Assembly: GCA_051294905.1 (NCBI GenBank)
Contig: CM119372.1
Coordinates: 1,860,001-1,924,000, forward strand
Direction: 5' to 3'
DNA: 64,000 bases
DNA from: Botryllus schlosseri
Lineage: Eukaryota
Of this stretch, positions 1 to 11,200 are shown piece by piece (positions within the stretch are counted from its first letter, which is position 1; each line of letters starts with the position of its first letter). The translations under genes and the position numbers were made by a program. A model generated the notes under the pieces. The model made no database searches. It had not been told where the DNA came from and was given only the letters and a program-made list of their open reading frames with translations.

Positions 1-1819
1 TTTAAAATCGAACATTTTCAGCATTTCAGATTAGAGTTCGAATTATAGCTACACAGTTTTTTTCCAAACCAGATTAGATTTAGGATTACTGAATACGGAC
101 AAACTTGGAAATTGAATTTCGAATTAGAACGAAATATCGAATATGAGTTCATACTCATAAGCATAACAGTGGCGAATGTCTGTACGCCGACCATGGCGAG
201 TTCGCACTAAAGTACACAGTTTTCCTGTAACATTATCGGGAAATCCGAAAATTAGATTAGATTTACATTACCGGCATTTCGCTCAAATCCAGATTGAGGG
301 CAAAATTTCTAGATCGCGGGCAGCATTCAACATCGGAATCCATTCGCGGACCGCACTATACGCAATTGCGATTATAAACCAAAACGCAATATTGGTATTT
401 GATTATATAGTGAGGATATCGAGATATGTATATTATATATTTAAAACAAACCAAACTTTAATTTGATGATAAGGTACACGCGTCAGAAACATTGACGAGG
501 TGTTATAAGCTGGTCGACCTGACCAATTTGTCAAAACTAGGGATGATGTTAGGTTGTCCGATTCTTAGGACAACATGGAAATTTGAATCTCTGAACAGCG
601 ATCTGTTCATAGATTTGCTGATTCTACTTTTGGTTCAACCCCAGTATAAAATGCTGACAGCATCATAGCCATGCTAGCTTCAAATACGCTTTTACAATAT
701 GTATACACTTTTATACATCTAAAATAGTACATTGAATGCTCTCTTAATTCGAAATTTCATGCTGGTGACGTCATATTTTGTGATACGATTGTTGATATAC
801 AATGCTCTTTCCAATTCTCTATTAGTTGCTGACGATTGTATTCGAAAATATTCGGGTTCGTTAAATATACTATCCAATCGCATATTGCAGTTCTGTACCT
901 CTTCTACACATAACAGAACGAATCTAGACCTAAAATCGTTTTTTTCTAGTACAACACTAAAATGAGTGCTGGATTGGCCAATGTAAAACCACACTCGTTA
1001 TCCGAGTTTCGTCATTCCCGTTTTGACTTTGTGATGTTAGCAGTTGAGGATGGTGCTATCGTGACAACAATGAAAAAAATACTATACCATAGTAGGAATA
1101 TAACTTATAATTATATCATGGTCAAATATATCATGAAAATCTTTCATCCAGTCCCTGCAGTAATTAGATTTTTAGTACAAATTTTACTAATATTTTCATT
1201 ACCCTTCTTGAGACTTTCCCGGGCCGCACAAAACAGTGTACGGACCGCAGTTTGCCCACTCCTGCCTAATCAGTCTAATCAGACAACTAGAATCGTCTAA
1301 ACTGATGTAGTCGGCCCGTCCCACTCTACTGGCGTTGGAATATTATAAGCAATAATCAGACACATTTTTGAGCATTTTATTACGAAACATGGAATACACC
1401 CGAACAGGTATAAAAATTGCACAACAAATGCGAGAGACACTGCAGTTATCATATAAAAACCAAAACAAAGCGATACATTACAGAATATGTTAACTGCAGA
1501 TAAACAATAAAACTGGCATAAGAAACAAAAAGAAATGCTGAGTCAGTTTCTATAGCAGACATTCACACCTTCGCATGTACTGGCAAGTGATCATACCTCA
1601 ATTTTGTCGAAAGAAAAACGTGTGGCTCACCTTTTGATATCACAGTTTACCCGCCGGATCATCGTTCGATAAGAATATTAATTTCAGAGGAGAGGACTTA
1701 GTTCATGATCATCAGAACCGTCGCTATTACAGGAACGGTATATTTTTGTATTAGTGCATCGAATATTGTAAATTGGACACCGGTTAACAATGAAGACAGA
1801 ATATTGAAAGCATATGCAC

Positions 1820-2242
1820 TAGGGTTGTTCAAAAATAAGATTGTCTAACTGTTAGGTTGGCTAAAAAACGTAGCACACCACATTTGGCCTGATTCCAACT
1901 AGTAGAGGCGAAGTTATAGGAAAGGAACATAAAAATTTGGGATTTGAAAAAAGTATTTATGGTGGGTATCCTTCCTAGAATCATAAATGAAAAACTCAAA
2001 TAACTTCACTTTTACGGGTTGGCAATGAGTCAAATATGTCTTCCATGAATTTTGTGTACGACTTAACAATTTCATGGCTTAGCCAGTAAAATAAAAAAAT
2101 GTATTATTTCATAAAGCAAAAGTTTGACAATCTTAATAGTTTGATTTGTAATAGTTAGTGTTCAACGTTTTTTAGCCAACTTAAAATTTATAATAAATAT
2201 CACTTAAGGTTTGAAGAAAACAGCTATTTTTGAACAACCCTA
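1820..2242. mobile_element. hAT-type MITE (423 bp)
   Basis: TIR TAGGGTTGTTCAAAAATA / TATTTTTGAACAACCCTA; near-perfect 8-bp TSD ATATGCAC / ATATACAC. Confidence 0.85.
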
Positions 2243-4088
2243 ATATACACGCAAAGCGATAGCATTGACCAGTCGATTTTCCCAGTTAAAGATGTATCCC
2301 GTTCATGGCTGCATATTAATATTGTTTGACCTCTTTGAGACAGGCTGGGGTAGTCACAGCGTGCCAATGTTAAAGATGTTGGTAAAAATAAGACCAACAA
2401 AAATTCGTAAAGTTTTGTCCGCCTAGTGCTGTGATAATATAATTCTCGTCTTCGCTCAGAAGTCCGTCAAAACACATTTTCGATTTCATGTTAATTTTGA
2501 CATTATTTATACGACACCAACTCCGTTTCCCACGTAATAACTGGATTTTGCAAGGCGACAATTTACTAAATTTCAACCGTGAAAAATGTGACAACAAAAA
2601 GTGGAACAACTAAATGTGCAACCTGCCATGAATGACCAAACTGATATAGTTTACGAAATCATGTTTGCCTTTATATTGTCATTAAAAACCGTCTTAAATA
2701 TAGTGATCATAAGATGTGCACATAGCACATTAATAGGGAGCAGGACCACTGCTTATTATTAACATGGTGTTCAGTGGGGGGTCCGTAACTCGCGACAGAT
2801 CGCCAAAATGACTGTGTCTTCAAACCAACATAAAATTTTACCAGCATCCAAGTTGAACAGATATAAATTTCGAATAAATAATGTGTGACCTGTTTTCAAG
2901 AAGGTGTACTCGTGTACATACTCAATACTCTATGAAAATTTGTGGAATTTGTGAATGCACAATTGCACATAAGTGAAAGCGTGAATGTTATCTGTGCAAT
3001 GTTTCGGTGCCCTCCTGGCTGTTACCTCACTAGCAAGGACGTAGAGCATTACATTTACTATGTGACCAAGTAACAGCATATGCACAACAAGCAGAAAGCT
3101 TGCACTCGTCCCAAGACGTGAATTTGAAGAGAAAAGGACCTTGGTGTGAAGGAAGAAAATGCATTTGAATGTAAGGAATGCTACATAATCCAATGTAACA
3201 TCTTCCCAATAAGCGGGGCTAGGCAAAACCGAGTACCCGGGTGATTCTAATCCGAGTCGTGAGCATTAAGCTAAGAGTCGAGTTGAGTGTCATTCATCAT
3301 GACTGTACAACATTAACAATAAGGCCAGGGAAATGATGCCAATGAAATGTCATATGAAATATAATCTCGTACTTTTGAACCATGACTATTTCGCAGCTCC
3401 TTTTGACCACTGAGAGAGTATAGATAACTAACCTACGTAGGTTAGTTATCCGTAGGTTAGTTATCTATAGAGAGAGGTAATCACTAATTGACGGAATTCA
3501 CGAACCATGAACATTACTAGCCTTGTGAATCACGTTTTTTAATAGTTGAACTTAGTTTAGCCTAGCGCCCAACAGTGAAAATACAGTATTGTAACTATAT
3601 TTGTCGGTTGAAACAAATACTACTCAAGTTGAGAAAGCGTATATTTTCGTTACTCATGAAAAATCGACTCTCAGTACCTGACCACCATTGTGATACTCGA
3701 CTTGGATTAAACTACTCGAATGGTTGTGCCCAGCCCTACCAATATGTCAATATCAAAAGAAAAAAAGTGACTCGATAGCATCAGTACAAAAATACTCATA
3801 TAAATACTCATACATAGGAGCGTACGACATAATACGGCCATACGGCACTTTAACATGCGGGTTGAATTCCAGGTTTGTATATATTTGAGGGTCAATTTCA
3901 GGGTTAGGAGTGGTGTAAGGGATAGTTTTGGGTTCACAAAGTCACATGCCCAAGTGTCGCGTGCTCAACTGTGGTTTATCAATGTGTTGCATGCTCAAAT
4001 GTTGGTCAATCCATACAGAATACCGGAAACGACATGGCCATCAGTTACTGCGCGAGGTAGGTATCGAGTTGCGTGAATAAATAAAATG

Positions 4089-5405
4089 TCAAGGATAATA
4101 ATGGTTCAAATTCCGACTCCCGGGCAGCTCAACCTGCTGCGCGACCGGGGCCTGATAGTCTTGCGGTAAAAACTGTTGGTAATAATCAAACATATCCCCG
4201 TTACGCGGCAGAGAGTTGTCGTAAATCGAGCTTCTCCTAATCTCAATCCACGAGTTGCGAGAGACGGCGCTGTCGTGCGACAAGTCCACGGTGCGCGCGT
4301 TAGCCGCTAGGTCTATAGCGCGCGCGTTCGACGGCGCGTGTCTGTATTGTACAGCTTCCACGAACTGATCACAATCGTAATTGGCAGAGGCAGGAAAATG
4401 CGAGAAATTACCGGGTTGGTAGTTGTTGTAAGGCGAAGAATTTGGACTGTAAGGAGACGAGTAGTCTCTCGGAGGAGGAAACTGTTTTCTTACGGGTACG
4501 CGCGATAAATCAGGCGCGTTGTCGTACTGTTCGTACGCGTCCGGAAACGCGGGATACTGCGGGCTGTGCGTGTTGAAGAAATGATTGGGAGGTGGCGTGT
4601 ACTTCGGCGTTTGAGGCGTTTTAGCACGCGCGCCTTGTAACATAGGCGAGTCGGACGGTAACGCGCGTAAGACGCGAGCGTCAACGCGCGCGTCGTTCGA
4701 CACGCGTGCGTTATTCTGATAATGTCGAGACACGGGCGACGTTGGCGCCGTCATCGGTTGCTGAACACTGTAGTGTTGCCGTACCGAATATCTGTTCAAA
4801 GCCGGATCGCTCCGTTGCGTCTCCGGCTGTCTCCGGTGCGGCTGAAAAGTATACTGTACGCGTTGCGACGCGTCCATTTCGGGCGTCACGCTCGCGTTAC
4901 GCTGCGCTTCTCTCGATATAGGCCTGAAGTTTTGTTGCGACTGACACAAAACGGACGCGTTCTGAGGTGTGGCGAAGGACGATTGTGTTTGGGACGTCAC
5001 ATTCGAACGTTCCGCATGATTCATTCTAGCCTCCAAGGCTGGAATAGGCGACGGGACACCGTTATCGACTTCCGTACGCCTGTCTGGCGAGCGTAACTCT
5101 ACTGTTAAGTCTTCTTCGTCTATGGAAGACGAATATCTGTGTCTGACGTGATACACGTTGCCGCGGTTGCGTTTCAGTATGCGCGTTCGCTGCCAGGGCG
5201 GGTTGCTGCAGCAGCAGTTGCAGCATATCTTGGCGAAGATTGACTTGGGGCCGCAGAGTTCTTGATGCGATTCGTCCGCTTCGGATTGTTTCGTGTTGGC
5301 GAGCACGTAGGATTCGTTGGGAGACGCGTGCGGCCGCGACACGGTGTTGGAGTCGACGGATCTCTGCAATATGGAGCCTAGAAGGGACATGTTTTCGTGT
5401 TCGTC
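4089..5405 (-). CDS. EVA1C: EVA1C-like exon 10, long cytoplasmic tail (438 aa)
   Basis: ccccttttttcag|GAC acceptor at 5405, phase 0, inside the 519-aa ORF; ends ...PGSRNLNHYYP-stop. Confidence 0.85.
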   Translation of the reverse strand, partial: DEHENMSLLGSILQRSVDSNTVSRPHASPNESYVLANTKQSEADESHQELCGPKSIFAKICCNCCCSNPPWQRTRILKRNRGNVYHVRHRYSSSIDEEDLTVELRSPDRRTEVDNGVPSPIPALEARMNHAERSNVTSQTQSSFATPQNASVLCQSQQNFRPISREAQRNASVTPEMDASQRVQYTFQPHRRQPETQRSDPALNRYSVRQHYSVQQPMTAPTSPVSRHYQNNARVSNDARVDARVLRALPSDSPMLQGARAKTPQTPKYTPPPNHFFNTHSPQYPAFPDAYEQYDNAPDLSRVPVRKQFPPPRDYSSPYSPNSSPYNNYQPGNFSHFPASANYDCDQFVEAVQYRHAPSNARAIDLAANARTVDLSHDSAVSRNSWIEIRRSSIYDNSLPRNGDMFDYYQQFLPQDYQAPVAQQVELPGSRNLNHYYP

Positions 5406-8400
5406 CTGAAAAAAGGGGTCGATGATGAATATTTGTCTTCTAACGGTACGGCTATCACGGAGAGTGATACCAGTGGCATAGGTATTTCCAAGATAATCGT
5501 GCAGAAATCTCCGGTTTACAACCGGATGTACTTGGCCAACAAAGGTAATACCAGAAGTCGGGTTTCTAACCAAGATGTAAGGTTCCGAGTCACAAGCCAA
5601 TCTCGCTATTATAGTTTTGACTCGAGAGTCAAATCGAGTCATTTTCAATTCACCACCGTGTCAAGTCCCAACTCCAAGCCAGTGAGTAGAGGGTCGAGTC
5701 TAAGTCATATCTAAACTTTCCAAGTATCAGGACTGATAGACGAAATACCAATAATGTGGTAACTTTACTATTCTTCGACGTTACAATGAAATGACCAGAT
5801 GTTACCAGAGGCACACTTACACAGCTGATACCGGAGGTGGTCAGTAACGAAGTACTTCTACTTTTTAAGAGTACTTCACAGGGTTGTAACCAGTAGTGGG
5901 CGTGGCATCTTCACGAAATTCGTGCGGAAGAGGGCGATCTCAACCAAGTATAAGCAGATATTATACCAAAATTGGTCAGTAAATAGGTTTTGTCTATTTG
6001 CTACAGTGGTTATCGTCGACGATGAACAGTGGTTAGACTACTTTCACCTCTTTTTGAATCTATACATCTCTAAAACTGCCGCACCTCTTCGGTTGGTTGC
6101 TCTTCCACCTCCTGAAACGAGTGATGCTCCTCCACGTTCTGCCGGTTATCCTCTCTCGTTTCTTCCGTCACTTGATCGTCGACGTCTTTGCCTTCTTTCC
6201 GCGTCGGAGACCTCTCGCGATGGTACACGAGGAAGCAGATTGTCAGCAGCAAAGACGCGATGATTCCCAGCAGCATCGCGATAATGATGTCATGATGATT
6301 ATCTGAAGGTGGTGAAATTGCTGTTTAAAACGGAGCTGCACATGTAGAAAATGTCCAGGTTTTACACATTAAACTAGAATTATAGCAATGAAATTATTAT
6401 CCAAATTTGATTGGAATCAAAATTATTGAACTCCTAAAAATCAAGTAGCCTACAGTTCACATTAGATCTAAACAGGAGAAAGGCGAATGTCAGTACATCA
6501 AGCTTAGCTCGTTTCGCCCTATACAGTTTCCTGTCACGATTTCAGGAAAACCAGCGATTAGATTAGAATTAGATGATCTGCATTTCTAATTCAGTTGTTC
6601 TGAACCTGTGGTAAAATTACAGTTTTCAGGAATCGTTACCGTAACTTTTTCTAATGCAAGAAATATCTGACTCGAATGCATAGTTGAATATCTTACGAGC
6701 CAGTCGATTCATTTGCACTCTGCCTGGTGCTGGAGAAGTTACAATTGCAACCATCAGCTAAAATCTTGCCTTGTTAGGGGCAGATTAGCTCATGTGCCGC
6801 ATTTATTTAGACATTTCTGGGCCAACGTACTTGCTAACCCGACCATGTCAATAAATAATAACCCTATATATTTGAATGAGATGACGCAGCAAAATCATAT
6901 AACCAACGGTGTAATCAAACAAGTAGAATTATCTAGCGCCCTCGTCTGATTACAATAGCATGAACAGACACTTACCCTCTAAGAACGTGAACAATCGCAG
7001 CATCGCGACGAAATCCCTGTCCAAATAGGACTCCGTACAGTTGACACACGCCGTCGCGTTCTCCATGGGGAAGTCGTTGCGGATGACCACGTAATCATCC
7101 GGCCGGAGTGTTTCGTCGGACCCCGCTACAGGCTGGTCTGTGAAGTTCGACGCAGACGACGGCAGCGATGTGTTGACTTTCAGAGATGTGACCGGGGTGG
7201 CGTTGGTTGCCGATTCTGAGGATGCGATGCGAGTGTTACTTGATATATTCTTACAAAAATGTGATAAGTGACCAATGCCGTTGTCTAATCCGAAGTTGGA
7301 AAAATAAAGAACTTTTCAGCATTTTCAAATTAGATTAGATTAGAATTATATTCCTAATTCTAAAAAATACAACACAATCAAAGTTCAATTCATATCAAAT
7401 GAAAGTTATTCTCATAAGCATGACAATGACAAACGTCTGTGCGCCAAGCTTGGCTCGTTCCGCACTGTATAGTCCTGCTGTTACGTTTTCAGGAGAACAG
7501 CACTTTAGATTAGAATTCAAATGATAGCATAGAAACATTTCGCAAAATTAGATTGGAATTACATCAGCTTTAGAACAAGAATTATCTAAATGTACATTTC
7601 TAGTCTCACCTGTCCGATCCGAATCGAACGCTGATCTAACAATTTTAATCTCCCCCGGATCAGTCACGGTATACCCAGGTAGGTGACCTGCAGCAGATAT
7701 ATATGTTCATTTACATGGCGGCCAGAGGAGGCGGAGGGGTCAGTCTCCGAGACATGTAAATACTACAAGTAGAAAATGGAGTCTGAAAATAACCCGTGAC
7801 TCTAGGTCTAGTAATAACTTACAAAAGTATATTAGGTGGTGGGGTCGCACACTCTAAGCCAGCGGTTCTCAACTACCGGTCCGTGGCAAGTTCCCTACAG
7901 TTTCAATGTCAAGATTTAAGAACGGAGTATCATCTATTCAGCACGAGCTTCTCCACCCATTGTAAGTCAACACGTTTCTATTACAGTACATCTGCAACGT
8001 TTCGACCAACACGTCATCATCACGTCATCACCAGATAATACTAAGGCCCGACGTATGTCTGAACATCTGCACATTAAATTTATGAGACCGAGTCGATATT
8101 TGTGTTCGAGATATGTAATGAGTCAAACAAACCCACACCTGTAGTACACATTTTACGCACGTGACATCATATCCAAACCTAACACCGCGTGAAGTTTCTT
8201 ATAACGATGGTTTACACAGCCGCGTTGTATCGATATTCAAAATGTAAGAATATAGCCATTGAAAACAGAAAGACTGGTTGAATACTATCGGAGGTACAGA
8301 ACCTCGATATACGATTTAATAATATATGCATATTGAATAAAACCGACTATTTTCGGCCGACACTCGTCAGGGGTAATCGTCAGCAACTTGTACCCCTAAT

Positions 8401-11162
8401 CAGTGCCAGCCTAGAATATTCGAGTTCATTTCAATATGAATTCACTGTTCAGTTGTAATGAAGTTCTGTACCTCCACTGGTCGATGAAGATCACCCCTGA
8501 CCTATCCTACAATATTCAGGTTTATTCCAATATGAATACATTACTCAACTCAATAGAAAACGTTCTATATCGTAATATAATAACATTACCGCGCCCTTGA
8601 TTGATGAGAATCACACTATAGAAATTGAACTTCTATAATCACACAGAAAACTCACTGTTCACGCTTGAACGAATATGCACAGTGGATTGCACAGTGGATT
8701 GCAAGGTGGAAAGTGATTCTTCTGTGGTCGTTGTCACAGCTACGCTTGTCGTCGGCAAACTTGTGGTTTCCGGCACAGTTGTGGTTCGCAGCCTTTCGTG
8801 CGTAGGCACTTCAGAAGTTAAGAGAAAGCTGGGAACTGGAAGTAAAAAAGAGAACGAGATGATTACGTATAATTCATCTCACCGGGAATGTCGTATTTAT
8901 GCATTGACACGCGGACGAAACCAGTGATTAACGATACTGCATAATTTCCGGATCGAATGCAAACAGTACGTGCCAGTAGACCGTACCTGGTGGAGTGATA
9001 ATGTCGCTCATACTTTCTATAGTAAATAGATGCCATAGAAGGCATAGTATTAGTTCTGCTTAACAATACGAAAGAATTAACCCACACGCATATCCGTCGA
9101 ACACCTTCGCCAACAGTGCAGTGGTTCTTAACCTTACTAACCTGACGAGCCCTTACGCTAATCTGCCAGCCTTCCGCCTATGCTCACAAAACCAAATCCT
9201 CCACCTCCACCACCTTACATCTAATACATTATTGTATAGAATAGTTGCGCACAAAATGAACTGTACATCAACAGCAGTGCTAAGGAAACCTTTTGAGTAT
9301 CTCATAGCTTACTAATTCAACAAAAATTATGAATGCAACTTTTGTCAAAATTAAGATCAACTTTCTTGCGATTTTAGCGCAACAAAACTTTCCCTACTAA
9401 TTACGCTATTTCCCTTGTATGGCCGTAGGGGTCCCCGCGAGAACAATATATGTGCTGTGAATACATGGCTATGTATCCCTCTCACAAAACTTTGTTGGAA
9501 GGATTGATTGAAAAGAAACAGAAAAAGAAATTGTTGCACTGCCAAAATCTCATTTTAAACCAAACCTTCAGACTTGAATACGCTACCCGGTTAAAATCTA
9601 AATATATCTAGCAGCATATGCTTATCATCACGAAACCGCTACCGGAAACATTCGACATTACGAACTAACTCAGTTATAGAAGTACAGATGTAGCGATTTT
9701 TTAGAGCTATCATTCAAAGAAAGATTATCCAAGGCAGATTGATTGATCGATGGTAAAGCTTCCGCAATTCAGCAGTAACTCGAATCAGGCCAATATATCA
9801 ACACGGAAACGTAATGAAAAATAACGACGTAGTCACGCCGGCTAGGCTCCACTCGTCGTATAAAAGACCTGTCTAGTTCAATCATAACATCCACTTAGGC
9901 ATATGGTTGGTTGAAATCATGTTCCGTCCGCGTTTTTCTCTGCACAGGAAAATTGTTTCGGTTTTTGAAAGCATTCGATCAGCAGAAACGCGCGGTTTAG
10001 CTCGATGTTTGCAAAATACGAAAATACCACATCAAGCTTTGACCATGATATTCATTATTCGTTTCTTCCTACCTTGTTATTGACTGATGAGGGGTGGAGC
10101 TATTGCTAGCGACATGCTCCGGTTTAAGAGCATAGAGTTAAGACATGTTTGCGCCATTTTTGGAGGAACAAAACTTCACTATGCAATTGAATAGTATATT
10201 GAAATAAACTGGAATATTTTCTACTGTAAGCGAGGAGCGAGCTATATGGAATCCTCCAACAAAAACATCGTTTCGGTGCTACGACAAGCCTTGGGAGCTT
10301 ACTTTCCTCAAATTACATAGGAATAATAATAAGATCTTGGTTGCTTTCACACCTTATTTAACGTCCACTTGCAAAGTAATAATTATATTTATTACACGAG
10401 CTTTCGGAGCGCCGCTCCTTCATCAGGTGTTAAAGTATAATAATAATAGAATTACTGAATCCGGAAATTCTGAATTAGAAAACTAAAAACTAAACTAGAA
10501 TTAAAATGAGAGAATAGAAACATTTCACAAATTAGATTAGAATTAGATTAGCGGCATTTCGCTTCAAATAATCTAATTAGGCAACAAGAATTATCTAATT
10601 GTCCAAATCGCCTATGGCAGCTTTTACAGGAGCTACAAGACAGCTAAAAGCTGAAATAGCGGCCAGCTTAGCTATTTATCTGCTTGTTGCTGGTAGGAAC
10701 TAGGAAGAATTCAACTCACCCAGTCGCACTTGCTATTTGCAAGGACTTAACCAGTATTAAGAAGGTGCTTTTATCTGGCATTTCAACTGCACCATCAATC
10801 ATCCATTATACGGACGGCCGCAAAACCGACACCAATATTGACAAACGTACGGAACGTACATAGGATATCGTCTCCGTAAATGCCACACACGACCCGTACT
10901 TAACTCTTGTCGGAAGACATAAATCAGACATCTCTAAACTTTCAATTGGATTGTTCGCGGACCGTCGATGCATTGTGAACGAAATTGATGTATACATACA
11001 ACTGCGTTGATACATCTATGCCCGAACATATTGTTGAATTTTTTTTTGAACCGAACTGAATCGAGAAAACATCGCGCAATTTCTTGATGCTATTTTGAAC
11101 GTTCATGCATTTCCGGAGCATGGGACGCATTTGTACACATCATCTATATACCATATATGTAC

Positions 11163-11200
<38 letters not shown>

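Noticed and set aside
5406-5648. First ~80 codons of the 519-aa ORF as protein N-terminus
   Set aside because: They lie upstream of a strong acceptor at 5405 that matches exon 9's phase, and they overlap a GACTCG-rich repeat also seen at ~37860-37960; this is intronic read-through
8863-9135. VKNHCTVGEGVRRICVWVNSF as a lectin exon
   Set aside because: It lacks SUEL motifs and its donor phase creates a stop in exon 7; the real domain 2 exons are at 35.7 and 36.9 kb
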